Notes under the pieces: generated by a model | What the model was told of the DNA's origin: nothing | Databases searched by the model: none | What the model saw: the letters and a program-made list of their open reading frames with translations, nothing else | DNA from: the human T2T-CHM13v2.0 reference genome, Homo sapiens | NCBI RefSeq assembly: GCF_009914755.1 | Contig: NC_060935.1 | DNA length: 64,000 nucleotides | Strand: one strand, 5' to 3' | Position numbers and translations under genes: made by a program | Part shown: piece by piece, positions 30,547-43,697 of the stretch | How positions within the stretch are numbered: the stretch's first letter is position 1 | Layout: every line of letters begins with the position of its first letter

Positions 30547-31159
30547 TGAAAACATTCCCACAGGGTTGACAATAATTGCATGCCAGGTCCTGGCCAGAAA
30601 AGATATTAATACCTATAATTAAGCATCAATCAGGATACACTTTGGCTCACTTCCTTGTTGCTGAATGTCACACACCACTAGATACTGCCCATCTGCAACC
30701 TCATTGTTCCTATAGATAGGATTTCTGATAATGGGGGTGTAAGACTATTTAGGAATTGATTTGCATTCCCATTGTTCCTACAGACAGGACCTCTGTCTGA
30801 CCTTAGAATCATAAGGCTTTTGTTTAAGGACCATTTAAGATGTTTCTCAGACCCTAAATTTCAGCAACCAGTTTGAAGACCCCCACAGATGAATGCGATC
30901 AGCATGAAAATGCTGCTTTTCCTGTCCTTGTCCCATACGTCACCCTGCACTCTTCAACTAATCAATGACCTTCACACTTCGGCCAACTCCAAACCGTTTA
31001 TAAACTCTAATTATACATTTCTCAGGGAGATGGATTTGAGGTTTCCTCCCATCTCTTCATTTGGTGACCCTACAATTAAACCTCTTTTTCTGTTGCAACC
31101 CAGTGTCTCACTGTATTGACTTGCTGTGTGCATCAAGCAACAAACCTATTATGGTTACA
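30547..31159 (+). mobile_element. MER4-group solo LTR (subfamily uncertain)
   Basis: tgaaaacattcccacagggttgac...attaaa...atggttaca; flanks aagt/aagg. Confidence 0.75.
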
Positions 31160-31268
31160 AAGGGAGGAAGCCTTGGATTTTAATACTTTTTCTGCTAAGT
31201 ACTGCAGTGCAACTTTAAGAGAATTGCTGGGCTCTTTCCATTCCTTCTATGTAAAGTGAAGATCCTAG

Positions 31269-31820
31269 TGTCAGAGGCATTGGAACAAGAGCAGCTCCAT
31301 CTTAAATAGGAGCTGGGTAAAATGAGACTGAGACCTACTGGACTGCATTCCCAGATCGTTAAGGTTTTCTAAGTCACAGGATAAGACAGGAGATCAAGAC
31401 AAGATACAGATCATAAAGACCTTGCTGATAAAACAGGTTGCAGTAAAGAAGCCAGTTAAAACCTGCCAAAACTAAGATGGCAATGAGAGTGACCTCTGGT
31501 GGTCCTCACTGCTACACTCCCACCAGCACCATGACAGTTTACAAATGCCATGGCAACATCAGGAAGTTACCCTATATGGTCTGAAAAGGAAAGGCATGAA
31601 TAATCCACCCCTTGTTTAGCAAATCGTCAAGAAATAGCCATAAAAAGGGTAACCAGCAGCCCTCGGGACTGCTCTGTCTATGGAGTAGCCATTCTTTTAT
31701 CCCTTCACTTCCTAATAGACTTGCTTTCACTTTAATCTGTGGACTCGCCCTGAATTCTTTCTTACTCAAGATCCAAGAACCCTCTCTTGGGGTCTGGATT
31801 GGGACCCCTTTCCTGTAACA
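31269..31820 (+). mobile_element. MER41A solo LTR
   Basis: tgtcagaggcattggaac...cccctttcctgtaaca; TSD ctag. Lacks the MER41B segment that carries the GAS motifs. Confidence 0.9.
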
Positions 31821-32288
31821 CTAGCAAACCACTTCACAAAGTATTTTTGAAGATGAATTCAACCAAGTGACTGGAAAGCCTCCAGCAAGGGTATACTTAC
31901 TGAGAAATTTTCAACACAAATGTAACAAAATAATTCTTTTTTTCTATTGATAGCCACTGATTCAGAAATGTTCCAGAAATGGTATAGTTAGTGTCTGGGT
32001 ATTGGGTAAACATTACGCTAAAGGGAGCTTACTAAAAACATTTTGCTTGAGTGTTGGCCCTAGAAACAATTTTCACTCTGTTTAATTTATTCTGCAGCTT
32101 TACTGATAGTGAACGGAAACCAGAGCATAAACGTGAGGCCACTGTCACCTATCCTTGTTGAATGTGGGAAGGGAAGTTGATAGACTCTTACAGAGAAGAA
32201 TATTATCCCACCTCTTTCTAAAAGGCTTTGTAAATTTTTGGATATTAGGGTCAAATGACAAGATTACAACAATTTAGTTTGAAGATCC

Positions 32289-32807
32289 TGTGATGGTTAA
32301 TATTCAATGTCAACTTGATTGGATGGAAGGATGTAAAGTATTGTTCCTGGGTGTGTCTGTGAGGATGTTGCCGAAGGAAATTAACATTTGAGTCAGTGGA
32401 CTATGAGAGGCAGGCCCACCCTCACTCTGGGTGGGTACCATCTAATCAGCTGCCAGTGCGGCTAGGATAAAAGCTGGCAGAGGAACATGGAAGGACTAGA
32501 CTGGCTGAGTCTTCCAGCCTACATCTTTCTCCTGTGCTGGATGCTTCCTGCCCTCAGGTATTGGGCTCCAAGTTCTTCCAGCATTGGGACTCTTGGACCT
32601 TCAACTACAGACTGAAGGCTCCACCATCGGCTTCCCTACTTTTGAGGTTCTGGGACTCGGACTGACATCCTTGCTCTTCAGCTTGCAGATGACCTATTGT
32701 GGGACCTCACCTTGAGATTGTGTGAGTTAGTACTCCCTAATAAATTCCCCTTCATATATACATCTATCCTATTAGTTCTGTCACCCTAGAGAACCCTGAC
32801 TACTATG
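32289..32807 (+). mobile_element. MLT2A (HERV-L) solo LTR
   Basis: tgtgatggttaatattcaatgtcaacttgattggat...gagaaccctgact; TSD gatcc/gatct. Confidence 0.9.
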
Positions 32808-32854
32808 GATCTTAACTGGCTTTATTTGCAATTCTAGATTTGGGCAACATTTTT

Positions 32855-33291
32855 TTTTATTTTAAAAAGAAGAAGTTTTTACCTGAAAAATGAGATCACC
32901 TTTAAATTATTAGGCCTAGAGAGGCACTGGAATGAAACAGCAGTTCTGTCACTCCTCCTTGAGCTAAATAATCTCCTGAGGGTATGTGGGCTTTAGACTA
33001 ACTGATACCAAGAAGCCATAAAATGCTATACGCTGGGCACCATAACTATACCCTTATAGTTCAACAGTGTATAGCCAATCACTGGCTAATGTTATTTCTG
33101 TAAGCCAATGGTAATTCCTGTCAAACAACTTTGTATCAGCCCACTCCTTGTTCCCTTTGCTTTAAAAACCTGTTTGTAATAAAGGCTGCCATAACACTCC
33201 CCGAGGCTATTTGAACAGCTGTCTTCACTTTGGCTCAAACAAACTTTTTAAATTACATTTTGTGTCTTAGTCTATTCCTTTTAGGTTGACA
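32855..33291 (+). mobile_element. Solo LTR (MER72/LTR47-like, uncertain)
   Basis: ttaaattattaggcctagagaggca...ctttggctcaaacaaact...ttttaggttgaca interrupts the host LTR. Confidence 0.6.
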
Positions 33292-33913
33292 ACTTCATCC
33301 TGTAAAATAAAAATAAATGTTCCAATGAGTTGAGCAGACAGCATTAGTGTTACGGACAGAAAAGGCTGAAGAAAGCAAAAGCAAAAGAGAAAAACTGGCT
33401 TGATCATGTGAGGACAGGGAGACAGAAAAATAGAAGGATAACTTATCGGTTAGCATCAGGTTACCTCAGGCTACTTTTTGTTGTAAGGATTAAAACAGAG
33501 AGAACTCCAATATCTTGCTGATTGAGGATTGAAAATGACCTGTTTGGAAATTGGCTGTTCTCTCTCATGATGTCTTGGAAGATCAGATAACAATTTAGTT
33601 TTAGTTTGTGACTGAAACTTTAGCATGAATGACTCTATTTTTATTTTAGTCTCATCTGTTGGGGTCTAGTGCAGGAGTTTAGTCCAAAACAATGGACTCC
33701 TATAATTTTTGTTTAACGTTAGGGAATCTGTTTGTAGTTATCAATAAGTGTGGAATTTGGTCAAGTTCTATTCTTGCCCGAGTCTGGGCGTCCTGTCTCT
33801 GTATTCAAGAAGAAGGAATTGATAATTTTTAACCTTAAACACTTTATGATCTTTGAGGTAACAGACACTTCTGAGCTCTACAAAAAGTTTGTGACTAGAG
33901 GGCTGTTTGGGAG

Positions 33914-34367
33914 TGTGAAAGGAAAATATCTTGGGCTCCCAAAATTACTAAGGAAAACTCAAGCTGTAAACTCTTTAAGGCAAACCTGCCTCCCATTCTA
34001 ATCAAAGTTATCCCTCTGCTGAGACAGATGCATATCTAATTGCCTCCTTTGGAAAGGCTAATCAGAAATCAAAAGAATGCAAACATTTGTGTCTCACCTA
34101 TGTGTTATCTGGAAGCTCCCTACCAGCTCTGAGTTTTCCTGCCTTTGCTGTAAGTTGTCCCTCCTTCCCAGACGGAACCAATGTACTTCTTATGTATATG
34201 GATTGATATCTCATGTCTCCCTAAAATGTGCAAAACCAAGCTGTGCCTTCACCACCTTGGACACATTGTCAGGACCTCCTGAGGCTATCTCACGGGCACA
34301 TCCTCAACCTTGGCAAAATAAACTTTCTAAATTAACTGAGACCTGTCTCAAACTTTCTAGGTTCAGA
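33914..34367 (+). mobile_element. MER4A1-like solo LTR
   Basis: tgtgaaaggaaaatatcttggg...aataaa...gagacctgtctca; TSD ggag. Confidence 0.87.
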
Positions 34368-34425
34368 GGAGCATGAGGCAGGGAATCCATACACTTGTCT
34401 CCCATCCCATTCCTCTGTATGCAGA

Positions 34426-35331
<906 letters not shown>

Positions 35332-35721
35332 CAGAGCCGTGCACATAGCCACTTTCAGACAGAAACAGCCAACTTCCAAGTTGACAGAAGACAACCAAAA
35401 GGTGTCTTTTGAAAAGCCCATGCAGATTCTTTCGAAACGACTTGCCAAAGTTTTCAGGAACTGTTTGATCGCTTAAGGCCCTGGTGTCAGAAATAAATAG
35501 GAATAAAATACAGCTGGAAGCACATACAATAGATTTCTATCAACGGTTTATGTTTATTATTTGAGCTCCGGTCTGATTTTCTGTTTCACCCTCTGTAAGA
35601 CTTCTTGGTAATAATACTAACAACTATAAAACCTTACAGAATGAAAACCAAGTGCCAGATATTCTTCTGAAAGCTTTATGTAAATTATCTCAGTTAATTC
35701 TGACAATAGCCCTATCAAATA

Positions 35722-35965
35722 CAATCATGTGTTGCTTTGCAGTGGGGATACATCCTGAGAAATGTGTTGTTAGGCAGTTTTGTTATTGTGCTAACAGCAT
35801 AGCGTGTACTTACACAAACCCAGGTGGTATAGCCCACGACACACCTAGGCTATATGGTATAGCCTATTGCTCCTAGGCTATAAACTTGTATAGCATGTGA
35901 CTGTGCTAAGTGCTGTAGGCAATTGGAACACGATGGTATATATTTGTGTATCTAGTATGTCTAGA
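35722..35965. mobile_element. Tigger3-family DNA transposon end, truncated by the MER51 insertion
   Basis: caatcatgtgttgctt...gggatacatcctgagaaatg...cacctaggctatatggtatagcctattgctcctaggc. Confidence 0.8.
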
Positions 35966-37750
35966 TGAGGCAGGAAAATAGGGTCTGGAGGCAGGGAACA
36001 TAAGGCCAATTCACACTTCAGCTAAGACAGGAAATATCCTCTCCATAGGGCGTAGGCCAAGTAAATGGCTTTGTAACTTTACTTCATCCTCTGCTTTTAC
36101 ATAGGGTGTACACCAAGTAACTAATGGGATCCTCTTAGGGGGTATTTAACTCCCCCAGATTTTGTAATGGAGCTGTTGAGCCCCTATGCTCAGGCCCACT
36201 CCCACACTGTGGAGTGTACCTTCATTTTCAATTAATCACTTCATTCCTTTCTTGCTTTATGTGTTTTGTCCAATTCTTTGTTCAAGATGCCAAGGAACTG
36301 GACACCCTTCTACTATTAACATATTTTAGTAATCCAGCCAGGAGGAAGAGGTAAGCCCAAAGTTTGGGATTTATTCTTCTCCTTCCTCCTTTTCCTTTCT
36401 GCTCCTTACATGGAATCTCTTTTCCTTCCCAAGCAGGGACCCTTGGTGGGTAGTACCTAAACATGGATGTAACTGCAGGTTTCTGGCCATGGCCAGTGAA
36501 ACTGAAGGGTTTTCATGTGGAGAAGCCTGACCATCACCACCCAGATTTAAGAAACCTGGGTCTTTTTCACTTTTTTTCCTTTCTTTTCAGTCTTTCAGCA
36601 GTTGTTTCTTAGTAGCGCGTTTGGAAATTGAGGGCAGTTGGCTGGAGTCACTCCCCAGTACTGCCTGAAGGCCTAGAAATGAATAGGAATAATTGCCCTG
36701 CCCTGCAGGGGAAAGGACTTTTTTTTTTTTTTTAATCTCTTCTGCGTGTGGTCCCTGATCCCTACCTGCATCGCAGGTTGGAGCAAACTCGCACGTTTCA
36801 GGCTACTTAAACCTTCTTTTCTCACAAATTCTTTCCTTCTATTCAACTGGCTAAGGGCAAAGGAAACCCACCCAACCTCCAGTTCTTATCATTAAAGTTA
36901 ATGGGAAGCATGGGAAAGCATGTCCTTATCAATTATAAGGATGCTAGAAGTTGGGGATTACACTCAGGTACCAAAGGAAAGCTCGTAGCAGGCTTTGGAG
37001 GGAACGCATGCAAAGTGGCACTGGTGCCCACTTAAGTAAGCCCAGAGACAGCTGGAACTCTAAGATTGGACCCCACAGGAGGATGCTCTGCGGGTCCTGT
37101 GGACCTCAACCTATCCAAAGGGGCTGCCCTTGGCAGAGGTTCTGAGGTCTAGTATTAAGCCCTCCTTATAATTTTCTATCACAGGTGCAATGCTGCTTGG
37201 CCCCAAAATTGTTTAGAATCTGAAACTTACTGTCTAATGGGAAAGTGGGACGGCATTGCATGTATCCAGGCTTTTGTGCTGCTGTTGTAAGCAGGGCGCC
37301 TAGTTAACGTGTGACACCCTGCTTTGGTACTGTTTGGCCTCAGTGCTCCTTGGAGTCTGGGGAGGTTTAGCCTTTAAAAATCAAACTGCCATGGAGACTG
37401 CTTTACCTCAAATTTTGGTTCACAGCCTTCCTTGGGTTATCTATTGGGACAAAGCAAAACCATCAAGCTTGTATTGCTTTCTCATGGCTAAGGTTCCAAG
37501 CAATTGGATCTTTGTTTATATGTGTGTATACATGTCTAGATGCATTTATTTGTATGTACACTTACTGTTATATGTTTTGTCTACCAAATTGGCTTATAAG
37601 TAAAACAGCACTCATAAATTAAGTAAATAAGTCTAAGCAATTTTCAGGTTCACATGGCCTAAGCATAACTGTAGTAAACAAGCTAGCTTTAAAAGTATTG
37701 GTAGAATAAAAATAGAAAGGCCTTCAGGATTGTCAGCATACATTTTGTCT

Positions 37751-38543
37751 TGGTACGAGAGTGCTGGGAAGGAAAGAACATGGTCCCTTTAAATGTTATG
37801 GAAACGGGGAAGGGAAGTGCTGGGTAGAGAAAGGTGGGTTCCTGGCTCGGGCTCCACCCCGACGGACCTAGGTGAGGACAGGTATTTCCTGCCCAAATGT
37901 TGCATTTCCCAAGACCACCCTGGCCTGCCACGCCCCCATCTTGGGCCTATAAAAACCCGAGGCGCCCTACCCCCAGCAGGTAGACACAAAAAGCGGCTGA
38001 GCATTGTGAGGAACACGTCGGCAGAGGAAGATACAAGCCACTGGTCATCGAGGGCACACTGGCAGATAGAGCACGCCAACAGGCACTAGCAGGTCGACAA
38101 GCCGGGCCATAGACTGGTGGAATGACGCGAAGTTTTCCAGGGGAAAACCATCTCCCTTCTGGCTCCCCCATCTGCTAAGAGTTACTTCTACTCAATAAGA
38201 CCTTGTACTCATTCTCTAAGCCCGTGTGTGCTCCAATTCTCCTGGTACACCAAGGTAAGAAACCCTGGGATACAGAATTCCCTCTGTCCTTGTGATAAGG
38301 AAGGGGGTCTAATTGAGCTGGTTAACACAAGCCACCTGTAGACGGCAAACTCAAAAGAGCACCCTGTAACATGCCTACTGGTGCTTCAGCTGTAAACATT
38401 TACCCCTAGACATTGCCGTGGAGGGGGAGGGGGAGGGGGAATCTGTATGCTTCCCTAGAGGTTTGAGGAGCGGGGCACTGAGGAAGTGAGCCACAGCGCC
38501 ATTGCACGCCCTGTGAGGGGGACAAGGGAACCTTTCAGCTTCA
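37751..38543 (+). mobile_element. LTR1-family solo LTR
   Basis: gtgctgggaaggaaagaacatggtccctttaaatg...gggacaagggaacctttcagcttca; flanks gtct/gttt. Confidence 0.82.
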
Positions 38544-41210
38544 GTTTGTATTTTTTGTCTATCTTTGTTAGGTATGTTTAAGTGCCAGTGTTAAAGCTGG
38601 GAGCTGTTTGGGGCGAGCTTACTTCCCATTCTATTCAAAGTCTCACTGAGATAAATGCATATCTGATTGCTTCCTTTGGAAAGGTTAATCAGAAACTCAA
38701 AAGAATGTAACCATTTGTCTCCCACGTGTGATCCGAAGCCCCCAACCCCCCTCCTCACCTCAAGTTGTCCCTCCTTTCCAGACTAAACCAGTGATCATTT
38801 TACATATGTTGGTTGATGTCTTATGTCTCCCTTGTTAAAAGTAAAAGTTAAGTGAATGGGATAAATGTTTTAGGTAAACTTTTGTGTAAATTAAAATCTT
38901 AGTTTTTTTTGATACTTATTTAATATCTGGGTAATTTCCAATTAAGAAAGGGTTGTGATAGGGGAAATATGTTTTGAAAATTGTGGAATCATTCTTATCT
39001 ATAAATAGCCATATCTGATAGTTCAGGATTTCTTGCTTTTTAGGATCTCACGAAAGTTTTAGGTTACTACAGATAAAATTATAGTTAACATGTAATTCTG
39101 CATACAAAATGTGCCACAAAGGGTTAGTTATTAGTGGAAAAAAATAACTGTATAATTCAAAAGTTATCTAAAAGTTCAAATTACAGATTTGAAAAGGTCA
39201 TTATGAAACAGTGTAGTAAGGAATCATTAAGCAGGGGAGAAAGATGTGGAAAAAGTTTAAATAATAAAATATTCTTTAAAATCTGATAAGAATTGGAAAT
39301 AATTGGCTAATTAACATTTTCATAGTTAAAGCTCTTAATACTGATTAAAGTAACAACTTGTAAAAATGCATCAGCTGTTTGGCAATTCTCTTTGCAATAT
39401 AGTTAGGCATAAAGCTGGATTTAGTGTGGAGCCAAATTTCACATACATGGCTTGCATTGCTTCACACTATGTTTACTGTTTTGAGTGGATAGTGCTATTT
39501 ATTAGTCATGTGCCCTAAGGTGAATTTCTTGATTGCACGGAATGTATAATGATATTGGTGAACTTGAGGATATTGAATTGTGTATCAGGAATAAAATATT
39601 TAATATGTGGGGTTTTGGGGGCCCTAGATAACACTGTAGCTTCCAGGGTAAAATGAGCAGAAAAATTTAGGGTTGGTTTCCTGTTTATCTGTTTTTGTTT
39701 CTAGTTTTCATTACTTTGCTGTTTATTCCCCTCTGGCTTTGCTTGTGTATCCATATATAAAAAACCATGATGCTTTTTAGTTTCTAGTAGAAGGCTTTTA
39801 TTTGGTTCTGTGAATAGTTATTTTGTTTCCTATGCATTTCTAGCAAGTCATCATTCATTCCATTTATCTGGAACTCCTAAGCTACCTTTGTTGGGCTTCA
39901 GGAATTAATGAACACACCAGCTTTTTATCCTTAAACTAACTTTTTGGACTTGAGGCTTCCTGATGTTTTAAAGGTGTTGAGTATACTCTTAAAAATAGAA
40001 CTTAAGACATATTTCTGCTTAGTTTCTCCAAAATTTGTAATATATCCTTGAATATTCTTAATTCATGGTAATATGTTTGTTTGCATACAGTCAAGCATGG
40101 TTGCCAGGGCTGCTCAGGGAGAGAGAACCCAGAAACCTGGCATGCCAGCAAAAGGATATGAATTTCTTACCAGTGTCTGGCCTCTTTGTGTAAACTGGTT
40201 AATCAAACATTTTGTCAGAAAAGTAGAATGTGTAATATGTTTTAGTTCACGTGACTTTAGCAGTCTTTGGGAAATAGACACAGTTTTAAAGATTATTGGT
40301 AAAATACAATTGTCTTCAAAATGTAAATATGTGTTCTAAATTATGTTCAAATATTAGGTTTGCTAAATACCTTAAGGTCATAAACTGCTTCTTTTGCTTT
40401 TGAAAATTGTTTAACTTGCCTGCCTTTCAGCTAGGTAAGGGCTGGGGCCATGTGGAGTTGGCCAGGCCCTAGCTATGCTGGAAACAGTCAAACCTTATGG
40501 AAACATAACTTACCAGGTTTTATGTTAAAGTTAAAATTGCTAAGATTGTAATTGTAACATGCAATTAAGACTATTAGAAACAGTTTTACATTCAAGGTGT
40601 GTAAAAACGGTAGAATGCATTTTTTAATTTTTTTTAAAGATTATAAAAGGTTTTTGCTTTAACATTTCTGAGTCATTTTGGCAAAATAATTTATGGTAAT
40701 CTGAAATTCCAAAATCAAACTTCACTTTCAAAATTGTCTTTCCTAATGCCTGTGTTTCTTGATAGATCAGAGGGCCCCTGAAAACATCCAGAAAAGAGGT
40801 AAACAGGATTATTTGACATTTTTAGGCATATGAGATGGCCAAAATGATGTTCGATCTTCTTTAGGTAATATTTTCATGAATAATACTAATATATATTCCA
40901 AAATTGTATGGGATTTCTAAAATTCCAATTCTAAGTATATGCTAACAATCACAATTACCTAATTCTGTGATTTATTAGCAATTACCTAATTTATTATTAA
41001 ATTATTAATTTAATAATTTAATAATGTAATAGGTATTAATTAATAATTAATACCAATTAATAATTTAATTGGTATTATTAAATACCAATTTATTACACAA
41101 TTATCTAATTCTGTGGTTTATTACCATAAACCACATAAATAACCAAATTTACTTGTATAAAGATACTAACCCAAGTAAAACAAAAAAGGAATTAAATATC
41201 AAGAAAATAC

Positions 41211-43697
41211 TTTTTTTTAATTATTATAGTTTAAGTGCTGGGATACATGTGCAGAATGTGCAGGTTTGTTACATAGGTGTACACGTGCTGTGGTGGTTTG
41301 CTGCATCTATTGACCCGTCATCTACATTAGGTATTTCTCCTAATGCTATCCCTCCCCTAGCCCCCCACCTCACGACAGGCCCTGGTGTGTGATGTTCCCC
41401 TCCCTGTGTCCATGTGTTCTCATTATTCAACTCTCACTTATGAGTGAGAACATGTGGTGTTTGGTTTTCTGTTCTTGTGTTAGTTTGCTGAGAATGATGG
41501 TTTCCAGCTTCATCCATGTCCCTGCAAAGGACATGAACTCATCCTTTTTTATGGCTGCATAGTATTCCATGGTGTATATTTGCCACATATTCTTTATCCA
41601 GTCTATCATTGATGGGCATTTGGGTTGGTTCTAAGTCTTTGCTATTGTGAACAGTGCCACAATAAACATAAATGTGCATGTGTCTTTATAGTAGAATGAT
41701 TTATAATCCTTTGGGTATATACCCAGTAATGGGAATGCTGGGTCAAATGGTATTTCTGGTTCTAGATCTTTGAGGACTTGCCACACTGTCTTCCACAATG
41801 GTTGAACTAATTTACACTCCCACCAACAGTGTAAAAGCATTCCTATTTCTCTGCATCCTCTCCAGCATCTGTTGTTTCCTGACTTTTTAATGATCGCCAT
41901 TCTAACTGGTTTGAGTTGGTATCTCATTGTGGTTTTGATTTGCATTTCTCTAATGACCAGTGATGAGCTTTTTTTTTTTCATTTTTGTTGGCTGCATAAA
42001 TATCCTTTTTTGAGAAGTGTCTGTTCATATCCTTTGCCCCCTTTTTGATGGGTTTTTTGTTTTTTTTTTTCTTGTAAATTTGTTGAAGTTTTTTGTAGAT
42101 TCTGGATATTAGCCCTTTGTCAGATGGATAGATTGCAAAAATTTTCTCCCATTCTGTAGGTTGCCTGTTCACTCTGATGATAGTTTCTTTTACTGTGTAG
42201 AAGCTCTTTAGTTTAATCAGATCCCATTTGTCTATTTTGGCTTTTGTTGCCCTTGCTTTTGGTGTTTTAATCATGAAGTCTTTGCCTATGCCTATGTCCT
42301 GAATGGTATTGCCTAGGTTTTCTTCTAGTGTTTTTATGCTTTTAGGTCTTATGTGAGAGTCTTTAATCCATCTTCATTAATTTTTGTGTAAGGTGTAAGG
42401 AAGGTGTCCAGTTTCAATTTTCTGCATATGGCTAGCCAGTTTTCCCAACACCATTTATTAAATAGGGAATCCTTTCCCCATTTCTTGTTTTAGTCAGGTT
42501 TGTGAAAGATCAGATGGTTGTAGATGTGTGGTGGTATTTCTGAGGCCTCTGCTCCCCAATCTAGCAAGACAGGCCAACATTCAAATTCGGGAAATACAGA
42601 GAATACCACAAAGATATTCTTTGAGAAGAGGAACTCCAAGACACATAATCGTCAGATTTACCAAGGTTGAAATGAAGAAAAAAATGTTAAGGGCAGCCAG
42701 AGAGAAAGGTCAGGTTACCCACAAAGGGAAGGCCATCAGACTAACAGTGGATCTCTCTGCAGAAACCCTACAAGCCACAAGAAAGTGGGGGCCAATATTC
42801 AACATTTTTAAAGAGAAGAATTTTCAGCCCAGAATTTCATATCCAGCAAACTAAGCTTCATAAGTGAAGGAGAAATAAAATCCTTTACAGACAAGCAAAT
42901 GCTGAAACATTTTGTCACCACGAGGCCAGCCTTACAAGAGCTCCTGAAGGAAGCACTAAACATGGAAAGGAACAACTGGTATTAGCAACTGCAAAAACAT
43001 ACCAAATTGAAAAGACCATAGACACTATGAAGAAACTGCATCAACTAATAGGCAAAATAACCAGCCAGCATCATAATGACAGGATCAAATGCACACATAA
43101 CAATATTAACCTTAAATGTAAATGGGCTACATTCCCTAATTAAAAGACACAGACTGGCAAATTAGATAAAGAGTCAAGACCCATCAGTGTGCTGTATTCA
43201 GGAGACCCATCTCACATGCAAAGACACACATAGGCTCAAAATAAAGGGATGGAGGAATATTTCCCAAGCAAATGTAAAGCAAAAAAAAAAAAAAAAGCAG
43301 GGGTTATAATACTCATCTTTGATAAAACAGTCTTGAAACCAACAAAGATCAAGACACAAAGAAGGGCATTGCATAATGGTAAAGGGATCAATGTAACAAG
43401 AGCTAACTATCCTAAATATATATGAACCCAATACGGGAGCACCCAGATTAATAAAGCAAGTTCTTAGAGACCTATAAAGAGACTTAGACTCCCACACAAT
43501 AGTGGGAGACTTTAATACCTCACTGTCAATATTAGATTGAGACCGAAAATTAACAAGGATATTCAGGACTTGAACTCAGCTCTGGACCAAGCAGACCTAA
43601 TAGACATCTACAGAACTCTCCACCCCAAATCAACAGAATCTACATCCTTCTCAGCACCACATTGCACTTATTCTAAAATTGACCATATAATTGGAAG
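41211..43697 (-). mobile_element. L1PA7-like insertion with 5' inversion
   Basis: Minus-strand 3'UTR and ORF2 C-terminus at 41211-42552. Plus-strand ORF1 end and ORF2 endonuclease at 42553-43697 (PRHIIVRFTKVEMK...; DLIDIYRTLHP...YSKIDHI). Confidence 0.92.

Larger units (their letters stand above)
32249..33718 (-). mobile_element. MER67/MER31-like LTR hosting two nested LTRs
   Basis: Minus start (c)gttaaacaaaaattataggagtccattgttttggact; TSD ttag. Pieces at 32249-32288, 32808-~32850 and 33292-33718. Confidence 0.72.

Noticed and set aside
31269-31820. MER41 as an interferon-inducible STAT1 enhancer
   Set aside because: The sequence runs ggtctgaaaaggaaaggcatgaataatcc, so it lacks the tandem GAS segment of MER41B.
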